The notes beneath the pieces are model-generated. The model saw only the letters and a list, made by a program, of their open reading frames with translations, was not told the DNA's origin and did not search any database. A stretch of 20,000 nt of DNA, from IMG/VR virus record IMGVR_UViG_3300044608_000911, one strand, 5' to 3'. Below are positions 1 through 7,946 of this stretch, in pieces. The DNA comes from an uncultured virus (IMG/VR IMGVR_UViG_3300044608_000911). Its lineage: Duplodnaviria; Heunggongvirae; Uroviricota; Caudoviricetes. The position numbers and the translations under genes are program-made. How positions within the stretch are numbered: position 1 is the stretch's first letter; each line of letters begins with the position of its first letter.

Positions 1-1
1 C

Positions 2-253
2 AATCACGTTGATGAAGTCTTTGGGGCAATCTACCTTGGCAGTCCAGTCTTCGTTGGGAGTAAAGAGAGCGTGTCCCACTTCATGACCCACCAGCATATC
101 GTATACGGTGCTGGAAGCACGGTCCCAGTTCGGGAGGGTCAGTACACGGGTCTCAACGTTGAAGCACGCTGTAGGGCAGTTACGGTGCTCTACAACGAGG
201 TTCTCAGTAGCGAGTAGGCGGGCGAGGTTGCCCTTGATTTCTTGGCGGGTCAT
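2..253 (-). CDS. N-terminal part (truncated by window edge) of cyanophage HExxH metallopeptidase / CobT-like protein
   Basis: Not in the ORF track. Manual translation from ATG at 253: MTRQEIKGNLARLLATENLVVEHRNCPTACFNVETRVLTLPNWDRASSTVYDMLVGHEVGHALFTP..., open to the window edge. It has an HEVGH zinc motif and the LAxLLATENL start typical of this cyanomyovirus gene. Confidence 0.85.
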   Translation of the reverse strand, partial: MTRQEIKGNLARLLATENLVVEHRNCPTACFNVETRVLTLPNWDRASSTVYDMLVGHEVGHALFTPNEDWTAKVDCPKDFINVI

Positions 254-274
254 GGGTTTTTTGCTGATGTGGTA

Positions 275-283
275 AGCATAGCA
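275..283 (-). promoter_or_regulatory. possible extended -10 (TGcTATGCT) host-RNAP promoter for the peptidase gene
   Basis: Minus strand reads TGCTATGCT about 20 nt upstream of the ATG at 253. There is no good -35 at 17 bp spacing. Confidence 0.45.
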
Positions 284-310
284 AAAGGGGCACCCCCTTA
301 GAGGCACCCC
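283..310 (-). terminator. probable intrinsic terminator after gp46
   Basis: Minus strand GGGGTGCCTC-TAAG-GGGGTGCCCC-TTTT forms a 10-bp stem (three G-U pairs) with a short U tract, starting at the gp46 stop codon. Confidence 0.6.
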
Positions 311-2040
311 TAGTCCAGTTCAGAAACTGTCTGCTGGATGACGGAGAAATTCTTTTCCTTCACCGCTGTAATTGTTCTATCAAACTTTCCTTCTAGTTGT
401 TCTCGATGACTGATGACATATACATTTGTATTATCATCAAAGTTTCTTAGGATCCAACCGAGATCGCTGCCACCTTGCTGATCCAAAGAACTATCAAAGA
501 TCTCATCTAGAATAAGGAGGTTAGTATCCACGCTATTCTTGAGCTTAGCAATAGCTCTCCAAGTAAGCAACAAAGCAATATCAATCCTAGCTTTCTCTCC
601 TTCGCTGAAACTATCATAAGAAAACACATCACGATATCTGGATTTGATGATCTCTTCAAAGTTCTCATTCAACGTAAAATTCACATAGAAATCCATACGC
701 TGAAGATATTGATTGATCAGTTGGTTCATCGCTGGGAGATAGGTTTTGATAATCCTGGTCTTGATCCCGTTGTCTTTCAACAACTGCGATGCCACCAATA
801 GTGTATCACGATCTTTCTTGTATTCGGCAAAGGTCTTGCCCAAATCTTTTTTATTCGTAACAAGTCCTTCAAGTTTGACAAACTCTGCTTTCTTGTCTGG
901 GTTAGTTTCTTCCAGTTCTTTAATCTCGGTTTCTATATCACCGATTGTTTTTCGTATGGAAGTAATCTGATAATTCGCTTGAGTAATAGAAGAGTTGAAG
1001 CCAAGTATAATTTTTGATAGTCTTGCGAATTCATTTTCTCGCTCCTCTTCTTTTGCGATGGCATCTAGCAGATCTTCAATACCAGTCTGGAGATTATTTA
1101 ATTCACCCTCTCCCTCAGCAATCTTACTCTGTCTAAAATCTTCACTCAGGTCTTGAGTACAGGTAGGACACACATGATTGTCAGTAAAGAACTGGTGTTC
1201 TTTTTGACATGATGAAAGTTTTGATTGGATTTTAAAGAGAAAGGTGTTTAACTTCTTTAACTTAGAAGAAGAATTTGAGAGTGCTTCCATTTCTTTAGAA
1301 TGTTTTTCGACTTCAGAAGTCAGACGCGCAATCTCATGATGCTGTGTGTTTTCATCTTCTAACAATACAGCAATTTTATTTTGCTTACGGTCAATCTCTT
1401 CCTTTGTCTTTTTCTCCAGTTCAAGCATATACTTCTTCTGAATATCAATCTTCTCTCCCAGGAGGTGAAGTTCATAGTCAAGGTTCTTGATCTCTTCATT
1501 ATTCTCTCGGACTTTATCTTTGAGAAGAATATTCATCGTAGAGAATACTTGAATATCAAGGATATCTTCGATGATCTCTCTGCGTTGTGCCAGAGGCAAA
1601 CGCATAAATGGAACGAAAGTTGAAGAACCAAGCACTACAATCTGAGTGAATGATTTGTAGTTCAGTTTGAGAACGTTTTGTTCGAAGTTCTTTTGCTGAT
1701 CTACAACCGTGCTTTCTTGGTTCCACAACTGATCGTTACAATAGATCTCAAATTTGTTTGGTTTGATCCCACGAACCACTTTGTAATCATTCTTGCCGAT
1801 GCTAAATTCAATTTCGGTAAGACAGTCTTTTTCGTTGATACTATTAACCAGCAGAGGCTTGTTGATCTTACGAAATGGTTTGCCAAACAAAGAAAAAGTA
1901 AGAGCATCCAAAATGGTACTCTTACCAGCTCCGTTGGAACCGATGATCAGATTTGTTTTTGCTGCTTGTAAATCAACTTCACTAAAAACATTCCCAGTAG
2001 AGAGAAAGTTTTTCCATCGGATCTTTTTAAAAATAATCAT
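310..2040 (-). CDS. gp46: recombination endonuclease subunit, Rad50/SbcC-like ATPase (T4 gp46)
   Basis: Walker A GSNGAGKST, long coiled coil with CPTC zinc hook, signature FSEGEK, Walker B LILDE and ISH motif. Confidence 0.97.
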   Translation of the reverse strand: MIIFKKIRWKNFLSTGNVFSEVDLQAAKTNLIIGSNGAGKSTILDALTFSLFGKPFRKINKPLLVNSINEKDCLTEIEFSIGKNDYKVVRGIKPNKFEIYCNDQLWNQESTVVDQQKNFEQNVLKLNYKSFTQIVVLGSSTFVPFMRLPLAQRREIIEDILDIQVFSTMNILLKDKVRENNEEIKNLDYELHLLGEKIDIQKKYMLELEKKTKEEIDRKQNKIAVLLEDENTQHHEIARLTSEVEKHSKEMEALSNSSSKLKKLNTFLFKIQSKLSSCQKEHQFFTDNHVCPTCTQDLSEDFRQSKIAEGEGELNNLQTGIEDLLDAIAKEEERENEFARLSKIILGFNSSITQANYQITSIRKTIGDIETEIKELEETNPDKKAEFVKLEGLVTNKKDLGKTFAEYKKDRDTLLVASQLLKDNGIKTRIIKTYLPAMNQLINQYLQRMDFYVNFTLNENFEEIIKSRYRDVFSYDSFSEGEKARIDIALLLTWRAIAKLKNSVDTNLLILDEIFDSSLDQQGGSDLGWILRNFDDNTNVYVISHREQLEGKFDRTITAVKEKNFSVIQQTVSELD

Positions 2041-2300
2041 TCTAAATCATCGGGTGGGATCAAAAAGTCATCAGGAGTTATGATTGAGAACCTATGTCCT
2101 CTCTCTTGACATGCTCCTATTATAACATGGTCGTCAACCTCAACTATCTGCATTGGTGGATAGTCTGGGTCTTCTTCTAACATCATAAGGTAACGGTCAG
2201 CATCATCTTCTTCTTGAAAGATAGGAATTACTCTGTCTTCTTGTTCATCAAAGACAGAGTATACGCCATCTGGGTGATCTTCCAAAGTTACGATGTACAT
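2037..2300 (-). CDS. conserved cyanophage protein, DUF3110-like
   Basis: Likely start MYIVTL at 2300, 1 nt after the gp47 stop. The motif IFQEEDDADRYLMMLE...P.MQIVEVD...C...G...IPP resembles cyanobacterial DUF3110 as I recall it. Confidence 0.75.
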   Translation of the reverse strand: MYIVTLEDHPDGVYSVFDEQEDRVIPIFQEEDDADRYLMMLEEDPDYPPMQIVEVDDHVIIGACQERGHRFSIITPDDFLIPPDDLE

Positions 2301-2301
2301 A

Positions 2302-3342
2302 TTAGACAACGTTACAGCTCTCAATATATAGAGATCTCATAAGTGTCTTAAGATCTGATTTACTGACGGTCATTTCTACTTCATCAATATACTCATTCAG
2401 AAGTGTTAATGTATCTTTTGCGGACATTTCGATGTCGGTTTTGCTGTCTTCGCCAACAAGATTTTCAATAATCTTTACATCATGAACTCCTACGTTGTAA
2501 AGACGATCAACCAACGTTTCAAACATTTGGTAGTCTTTCTTTTCATCAACGACGATCTTGATGTACTTGTCTTTATAATCAGACACATCTTGTTTGTTGT
2601 AGTCTGCCTTTGTGTCGTCGTAGATAATCTTTTCGAAGATCTCGAACGGGTTAGGGATAAACTCAAGTTTATCACTTTGAGTATCGTAAATATGAAATCC
2701 ACGGGTGTCCTTGTAATCATTCCAATACATTTGATAAGGATTGCCAAGATACTGAATATTCCCTTTCTTTGAACGATGATGAAAATGTCCAGACCAGACA
2801 CGGTTGAAACGATGGAATAGTTTTGGATCCATACCATGATCCATCATCATACCAGGCGTAACTTCAAATCCAGTAAGTTCAAGGTGACCGCAACAAATAT
2901 CAGCATCAGAAGTTTCAAGTAGCTTTAAGACATCATCACGGTTCTCTGCGTTGATCCAAGGCAACATCAGGAACTTCTTACTACCTATTGTAAGATGCTC
3001 TGGTGAAGAATAAATGCGGATGTTTGAATACTGTTCCAGTAAGAGTTCAGGTGAGTTGATACGGTTGGTATTTTTGTAATAAGTACAATGATTACCAAGA
3101 AGCATATGAACTTTGTAACCTTGTAGTTTGTCAAAGTAATGCTCCTTCACACGATGAAATGTATTGAAGTCCATTGACTTACGATTGTCAAATGTATCTC
3201 CAAGGTCAATAATGTGAGTAACTTTTTTCTTTTCTAGTATAGGAAAAAATACTTCATCATAAAACTTCTGAAAGTAATTCCAGAATGCCAGAGATCCTTT
3301 GCGTCCATCAAGATGCTGGTCAGTAATTAGAGCGATCTTCAT
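2302..3342 (-). CDS. gp47: recombination endonuclease subunit, Mre11/SbcD-like phosphoesterase (T4 gp47)
   Basis: Metallophosphoesterase motifs TDQH, LGDTFD, GNH, GHLE, SGHFH and YLGNPY; adjacent to gp46. Confidence 0.97.
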   Translation of the reverse strand: MKIALITDQHLDGRKGSLAFWNYFQKFYDEVFFPILEKKKVTHIIDLGDTFDNRKSMDFNTFHRVKEHYFDKLQGYKVHMLLGNHCTYYKNTNRINSPELLLEQYSNIRIYSSPEHLTIGSKKFLMLPWINAENRDDVLKLLETSDADICCGHLELTGFEVTPGMMMDHGMDPKLFHRFNRVWSGHFHHRSKKGNIQYLGNPYQMYWNDYKDTRGFHIYDTQSDKLEFIPNPFEIFEKIIYDDTKADYNKQDVSDYKDKYIKIVVDEKKDYQMFETLVDRLYNVGVHDVKIIENLVGEDSKTDIEMSAKDTLTLLNEYIDEVEMTVSKSDLKTLMRSLYIESCNVV

Positions 3343-3551
3343 AGTTTACCTCCAACAGTTCCATCGTATTGAATAGTTGGTTCAGAGAACCCTTCTTGTT
3401 TTGCTCGTAGATACCAACGGGTCGAAGCGATAAGGTGTTCCTTACTAAGTGTGGTGAGGATGCCCTTACCTTCTTTATCGTAGCTAGACCAAGTTCCAAA
3501 GCGTTTCTGTTCGACACGGAAACATTCATCAATCCACTCATAATCATTCAT
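3339..3551 (-). CDS. hypothetical protein (70 aa)
   Basis: 4-nt overlaps with both gp55 and gp47 suggest translational coupling; C-terminus YDGTVGGKL. Confidence 0.8.
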   Translation of the reverse strand: MNDYEWIDECFRVEQKRFGTWSSYDKEGKGILTTLSKEHLIASTRWYLRAKQEGFSEPTIQYDGTVGGKL

Positions 3552-4042
3552 CGGTTCATTCGGGTTTCAATACTTTCTTTGATAGTTCCCATGTCAGAAT
3601 AGGAAGCGTTCATACCAGACATTGTACCATCAAATGTGTCTGTGTGCATCACTTCGTCATATCCTGATCGTTCAAGAATTTTTCCTTTAATTTCAAGCTG
3701 TTTCTTTTCCTTTTGTATACGGCGGAGAAAAGCGTAGTAGATAATTTGAGTGAAATAGGCAAACGGGTTAGTTGATTTCTCTGGATCAAAGTTATCAATA
3801 TACTGTAAGCAGTTTTCAATACCGTCACAAATCATGTCCTCACGGAACATGTAGTTGACAAAGTTTGGTTTGTAAGAAAGATGTGTGGCAATTTTTAGGA
3901 AGCATTCCCCCAAGTAGTTTGTTACTCGGGGGCGAGGTTTACCAGCTTCCTTCGCAGCAATAACCTTAGATCGGTACTCACTGATCGCAGCAAGAAACTC
4001 TTTGTTATTGACGTAATTTTCTGTCTGTTTTTTTCTTGTCAT
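3548..4042 (-). CDS. gp55: late transcription sigma factor (T4 gp55)
   Basis: YVNNKEFL, ECFLKIATHLS.KPNF.NY.FREDMI.DGIENC..Y..NFDP and NPFAYFTQI..AFLRRI motifs. The ATG at 4042 is preferred; a GTG at 4057 is possible. Confidence 0.97.
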   Translation of the reverse strand: MTRKKQTENYVNNKEFLAAISEYRSKVIAAKEAGKPRPRVTNYLGECFLKIATHLSYKPNFVNYMFREDMICDGIENCLQYIDNFDPEKSTNPFAYFTQIIYYAFLRRIQKEKKQLEIKGKILERSGYDEVMHTDTFDGTMSGMNASYSDMGTIKESIETRMNR

Positions 4043-4081
4043 TACTGCGAATGTCACGGTTGTCTCACATGATTTGTATCA

Positions 4082-4110
4082 AGTATAGCATCGTATCGTT
4101 CAATTGTAAA
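4082..4110 (-). promoter_or_regulatory. sigma70-type promoter for the gp55-gp47-gp46 unit
   Basis: Minus strand TTTACA (4110-4105), 17 nt, TATACT (4087-4082), with an extended TG. Confidence 0.8.
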
Positions 4111-4116
4111 GGGGGC

Positions 4117-4145
4117 TTGACATGACCTCAGAAACCCAGTACAAT
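4117..4145 (+). promoter_or_regulatory. sigma70-type promoter in antisense orientation (divergent from the gp55 promoter)
   Basis: Plus strand TTGACA (4117-4122), 17 nt, TACAAT (4140-4145). Confidence 0.7.
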
Positions 4146-4178
4146 AACTCTGTCAGGGGTTCAAGGGAAATAGAGCTC

Positions 4179-4577
4179 TTAACTTTTCTTATAGATATCT
4201 TCTAAAGATTTTTTCACTTCCTTAATAGACCCGAGATAACCAGCTCTTCTGGGAAGTTTGTTTCCTCTACCGATTAGCGTTTTGGCGCTTTCAATTTTTT
4301 GAACTGTTTTTATATAGAACTCTTCAATTGTTTCATCCAATTCTGTCATCGTAAGAATGTGATCTCGTTTGATAATAAACATATCATCAAATGTAGCTGA
4401 GATCCATTCTTTTAAAGTAAACCCAGTCACTTCCATGTGACCCTTTTTTTGTTTTGCTGTTTCAACTGCTAATGGTTTATCCAACATAAGTTTGTCTTCA
4501 TCTGGAAGATAGCAAACCCTTGCTACTATCTCTTCCCCAGAAACTAATTTTAGTGTCGCATAAAATTCTTCTTCCAT
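4179..4577 (-). CDS. conserved T4-like cyanophage hypothetical protein (possible Sm-like fold)
   Basis: N-terminal KLVSGEEIVA motif; conserved position between uvsW and gp55. Confidence 0.8.
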   Translation of the reverse strand: MEEEFYATLKLVSGEEIVARVCYLPDEDKLMLDKPLAVETAKQKKGHMEVTGFTLKEWISATFDDMFIIKRDHILTMTELDETIEEFYIKTVQKIESAKTLIGRGNKLPRRAGYLGSIKEVKKSLEDIYKKS

Positions 4578-4578
4578 A

Positions 4579-6048
4579 TTAACTTGCGCGTAAATTTACT
4601 TTAATAACCTCATACTTAAAGTTTTCTTCGTTGTAAATATTAACCCTTTCATTCAGATGTTTTAGTGTATAATTTTGACCACCTATATCATCAGCAATAT
4701 CATATAAGGTTGCGATGTCCTTTCCTTCACCTTTACGTAGGACCCTTCCGATGGACTGTAAATTACGTATACGTGACTTACTGGGTGAAGCAAAAATAAT
4801 ATTGTGTAATCTTTTGATGTTGATGCCAGTTGAGAAAGTACCGTATGAAGCAATGATCACAGCATTGTTTTCACTCTCGGTAATTTGTCGTACTTCTTCT
4901 CTGTCTTCAACGTCAGTCCCACCATGAACAAAGAATATTTTTCTTGTGGGATCTATTGTGTTATTTATTAGATCAAAAAGTGGTTCTCCATGCTTCTCCA
5001 CATAGTTGAATAACACGAGTGTATTGCCATCAATATCTTTAACAAGATTTTTGATTAAATTATTTCTTCCTTTATGATTGACAAGATAATCAATTTCATC
5101 ATGATATGTATCAAAATATTGTGGAGCATGTTTACAAAGTAAAACTTTGATCCTAAATTTAGATAGATGTCCTTCACGAATAAGATCATCAGTTTTTGTT
5201 ACACGCTCACAATCACCAAACAAACCTTCTAATACCCACTTGTGTGTCTTACTACCATCAAGGGTTCCAGTAAAACCAAATCTATACTTCGCATTATGAA
5301 GCTTTGTCATAATACCAGTAAGTGATTTAGACTTAAACAGGTGTGCTTCATCACCAATCACGCAATCAAAATCATCAAAGTATCTCTTGGGAAACTTATA
5401 GATTGATTGCCAGGTGGAAATGATGATCGGTTTATCAGTATTCTTATCTTTACCAGAGTAAATTTTATGAACATGCTCATCAGCATTCCACCCGTAATCT
5501 TTAAAGTCATTAACCATCTGTTCTACCAGGGACGTAGTAGGGACGATGATCAACGTTTGCTTGTTGGTAGCAGTATAGTATCTGACGAGGGAATAGATCA
5601 TCAGAGATTTCCCCGACCCCGTAGGAGAAAGAAGTAATTTGCGATTATTCTTTATTGCTTCGTAGACAGCACGGTATTGATACTCTCTTGGAGTAATTCC
5701 TTCTCTGGTGATTTTGTCCATAAATGTTTTGATACCAGCAGGAGAAACAAAGTCGTTAGTTTCTTGAACATCGCCATACCAATCATTCTTTTCGTATTGT
5801 ATTGTGTACTGACGCTCCGCTGCCCACACCTCAAGGTGTTTCATTAAACCACCATACAGTTCGCCAGTACCAGGAGAATACAGACGAATAGTTCCATCCC
5901 AGTATTTGTAACGAGGATTTTTCTTTAAGAACTTTGCTTCTGGAACCTCAAAAGTAAAATAGTCCGAAAGCTCCATATGAACATGGGGCTCTGCGGACTG
6001 AATGGTGACGTATACTTCGTTTTTCTTTTTAACAGAAAGGAGTGTCAT
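4579..6048 (-). CDS. uvsW: UvsW SF2 DNA / RNA-DNA helicase
   Basis: WDGTIRL N-terminal motif, PREYQ Q-motif, SPTGSGKS, DEAH, TGT, STGINI and QSIGRVLR. Confidence 0.97.
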   Translation of the reverse strand: MTLLSVKKKNEVYVTIQSAEPHVHMELSDYFTFEVPEAKFLKKNPRYKYWDGTIRLYSPGTGELYGGLMKHLEVWAAERQYTIQYEKNDWYGDVQETNDFVSPAGIKTFMDKITREGITPREYQYRAVYEAIKNNRKLLLSPTGSGKSLMIYSLVRYYTATNKQTLIIVPTTSLVEQMVNDFKDYGWNADEHVHKIYSGKDKNTDKPIIISTWQSIYKFPKRYFDDFDCVIGDEAHLFKSKSLTGIMTKLHNAKYRFGFTGTLDGSKTHKWVLEGLFGDCERVTKTDDLIREGHLSKFRIKVLLCKHAPQYFDTYHDEIDYLVNHKGRNNLIKNLVKDIDGNTLVLFNYVEKHGEPLFDLINNTIDPTRKIFFVHGGTDVEDREEVRQITESENNAVIIASYGTFSTGINIKRLHNIIFASPSKSRIRNLQSIGRVLRKGEGKDIATLYDIADDIGGQNYTLKHLNERVNIYNEENFKYEVIKVNLRAS

Positions 6049-6521
6049 TATTGTCCATTAATAAATTTCTCCCATTCAATGGCACTCTTGATCTGAAACC
6101 CTCTATTTGAAATCTGTCGCATAACCTGATCCAACCAGTACAACATCTGGTCTAGATACTTGATCTTCGCCTCAAGATTGATAATCTCATCATCACTCTC
6201 TAGGTAAGTCTTCATTTTTTCGGAAGTTTGAATTCTTCCGCCAAAAGGTTTTTCTGCGTAAACACGAGCATCAGCTTCACCGCTGTAGTATTCGCGTTTT
6301 TCTTTTACAAGTTTTCTGATTTCAAACTCCAGAGAAGTTTTGATCTGTGAGATATCAGTGTAATGGTTTAAGTATTTATTGTGTTGGAAAGGGATGTCTA
6401 ACGCAAGTTGTCCAAGATCTGTGGTATACTGTTTGTTCTTGAACTGGAAATCTACCGCGCTATCTTCTGCCCATTCTTCACGTAGTTGATCAAATTTATT
6501 ACGAAGAGTTTCAAAATTCAT
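6048..6521 (-). CDS. uvsY: recombination mediator UvsY
   Basis: H.KYL, EYYSGEA, Y.EKPF and RGFQIKSAIEW.KF motifs; synteny gp3-uvsY-uvsW. Confidence 0.92.
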   Translation of the reverse strand: MNFETLRNKFDQLREEWAEDSAVDFQFKNKQYTTDLGQLALDIPFQHNKYLNHYTDISQIKTSLEFEIRKLVKEKREYYSGEADARVYAEKPFGGRIQTSEKMKTYLESDDEIINLEAKIKYLDQMLYWLDQVMRQISNRGFQIKSAIEWEKFINGQ

Positions 6522-7036
6522 AGGGGTTTCATATTTTTGTCAAGGATAAAAAATCGCTGATGCTTAAATGTAACTTCAGCAGTAATATATTCTACATCTG
6601 TCATTGTAGCATTGAATTCTAGACCAGACAATGACACTGGAAAAATATTCTCAAACGATACAATAAATGCGGGATTGTATGATGAAGTTACAATGTGTAG
6701 TTGAGCATTACTATATTCTTCTTTTGGTGGAGTATCGGCATCATCATCTGCTCTGCCATTCTGACGCATCCACTTATGAATTGAATAATAATTCTTTAGA
6801 TCTTCATCAACAATAAATTGAACAGTAAAATCCCCAAAGGTGACACCACCTCCAGGGATAATAGGTAGGTTGCGAAATCTTGTCGCAAACTCTGTTGTTG
6901 GCATAGTGATATCAGGAACGTTTGCTCTTTGACAAAAGAAATCCGTTCCTTCAAATTTATCTAATTTCAAAAGATAACCAACTGGATTTAGAAAATTCCT
7001 ATTCCTTGGTTGATCCTTGTACCACTCAGCGGTCAT
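6518..7036 (-). CDS. gp3: tail completion / tube terminator protein (T4 gp3-like)
   Basis: NRNFLNPVG, FFCQ.AN.P, F.VDEDL.NY..IH.W and FP.SLS.L.F motifs. Confidence 0.9.
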   Translation of the reverse strand: MTAEWYKDQPRNRNFLNPVGYLLKLDKFEGTDFFCQRANVPDITMPTTEFATRFRNLPIIPGGGVTFGDFTVQFIVDEDLKNYYSIHKWMRQNGRADDDADTPPKEEYSNAQLHIVTSSYNPAFIVSFENIFPVSLSGLEFNATMTDVEYITAEVTFKHQRFFILDKNMKPL

Positions 7037-7057
7037 GTCAACTTCCCAAGCTACTAG

Positions 7058-7237
7058 TTATTTATCCTTGAGTAGTTCTTCTATTCTGTGACGCATGTTA
7101 GTGCTTTCCTGCTTCATATAATCTCTCAAAGAATATCCGCGTTTTCCTTTGAGGATACATGTTCCTTGATAGAACATAGTTGAAGCAAACACTAACAACA
7201 AAACTATTCCTATTATTTCAGGGTAATGTTGAGCCAT
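7058..7237 (-). CDS. small predicted membrane protein (59 aa)
   Basis: Below the ORF-track cutoff. MAQHYPEIIGIVLLLVFASTMFYQGTCILKGKRGYSLRDYMKQESTNMRHRIEELLKDK has an N-terminal hydrophobic segment and fills the gap up to the gp3 promoter. Confidence 0.75.
   Translation of the reverse strand: MAQHYPEIIGIVLLLVFASTMFYQGTCILKGKRGYSLRDYMKQESTNMRHRIEELLKDK
7059..7066 (-). promoter_or_regulatory. gp55-dependent late promoter for gp3
   Basis: GATAAATA on the minus strand, about 22 nt upstream of the gp3 start. Confidence 0.7.
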
Positions 7238-7431
7238 GGTAGTAGTGGGGGAATGACGCCAATAAGTCTTAGAAGTCCTTCAGCAAATAAAGCAAGAACC
7301 ACCCAACCAACGCACATAGAAATAATGGAAGCATTTCGATTGTGCTGTCGTATAGCAGCATCAATCATCTCCTGACATTCTTTCTGTGTTACTAGTTTTT
7401 CTGGTGATAATTTTTTCATACGATGTGCCAT
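7213..7431 (-). CDS. small predicted membrane protein (72 aa), cyanophage/picocyanobacterial hypothetical family
   Basis: Likely start MAHRMKK at 7431. The motif ECQEMIDAAIRQHNRNASIIS is followed by a hydrophobic helix. Confidence 0.75.
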   Translation of the reverse strand: MAHRMKKLSPEKLVTQKECQEMIDAAIRQHNRNASIISMCVGWVVLALFAEGLLRLIGVIPPLLPWLNITLK

Positions 7432-7531
7432 AATTGTTTTCCCATTCTGGTTCATACATTGGGCATGGTTCTTCCATCAAGATGTTTATTTTTGCTCTTG
7501 CTACTCTTCTATACAAATCATCTAAGACCAT
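7361..7531 (-). CDS. small hypothetical protein (56 aa)
   Basis: Manual translation MVLDDLYRRVARAKINILMEEPCPMYEPEWENNYGTSYEKIITRKTSNTERMSGDD. It fills an otherwise empty gap but overlaps the next gene by 71 nt. Confidence 0.5.
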   Translation of the reverse strand: MVLDDLYRRVARAKINILMEEPCPMYEPEWENNYGTSYEKIITRKTSNTERMSGDD

Positions 7532-7707
7532 TCATCTTCCTCCTCTTCATCCCAGACAATATATGGACCATGCTGCATTTTTTCTAACTCTTTAGTTTTT
7601 GCCGCAAATGATGCTGTTTCTCCTATCCAAAGTGCTACCTTCATAACTAAAAAGATCACCGCTAACGGTGACAAGCATAATAGTAATATAATAGAAGATT
7701 GATTCAT
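7522..7707 (-). CDS. small predicted membrane protein with acidic tail (61 aa)
   Basis: Hydrophobic N-terminus, tail HGPY..WDEEEEDE and an ATGA overlap with the upstream ORF. Confidence 0.75.
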   Translation of the reverse strand: MNQSSIILLLCLSPLAVIFLVMKVALWIGETASFAAKTKELEKMQHGPYIVWDEEEEDEWS

Positions 7708-7868
7708 TTGTGATATTCGTTTAGAATGTCTAAAATTCTATCTAAAGTGTAATTAGCACCATCATTCCAATCCTTACCTCTATCAGCAAAAATACCATCA
7801 TGTAATGCTGTCTTCATTTTATATACTCTTGCGAGCATGTCAACCTTACTCATCATTCCTCTTGGCAT
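7704..7868 (-). CDS. small conserved cyanophage hypothetical protein (54 aa)
   Basis: Below the ORF-track cutoff. MPRGMMSKVDMLARVYKMKTALHDGIFADRGKDWNDGANYTLDRILDILNEYHK lies directly after TAAATA boxes and has an ATGA overlap with the next gene. Confidence 0.8.
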   Translation of the reverse strand: MPRGMMSKVDMLARVYKMKTALHDGIFADRGKDWNDGANYTLDRILDILNEYHK

Positions 7869-7884
7869 AACGTAACAAAAATGC

Positions 7885-7897
7885 TATTTACTATTTA
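7885..7897 (-). promoter_or_regulatory. tandem late-promoter core boxes (TAAATA-G-TAAATA)
   Basis: Minus strand GTAAATAGTAAATAG immediately after the gp23 terminator. Confidence 0.55.
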
Positions 7898-7898
7898 C

Positions 7899-7924
7899 AA
7901 AAAAAAGGACCCTTTCGGGTCCCC
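7899..7924 (-). terminator. rho-independent terminator after gp23
   Basis: GGACCC-GAAA-GGGTCC followed by T8 on the minus strand (GNRA tetraloop). Confidence 0.95.
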
Positions 7925-7946
7925 TGTGTGTTGAATTGTGAATGGA

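Noticed and set aside
746..2837. Several plus-strand and alternate-frame ORFs within gp46/gp47
   Set aside because: Almost entirely overlapped by well-conserved genes, with atypical composition and no motifs.
3320..3547. 75-aa alternative minus-strand ORF between gp55 and gp47
   Set aside because: The 3339-3551 frame has clean 4-nt overlaps at both ends and a more protein-like sequence.
4715..4927. Plus-strand 70-aa ORF as a possible product of the antisense promoter at 4117
   Set aside because: More than 550 nt downstream, an exact antisense shadow of uvsW helicase motifs, and no RBS.
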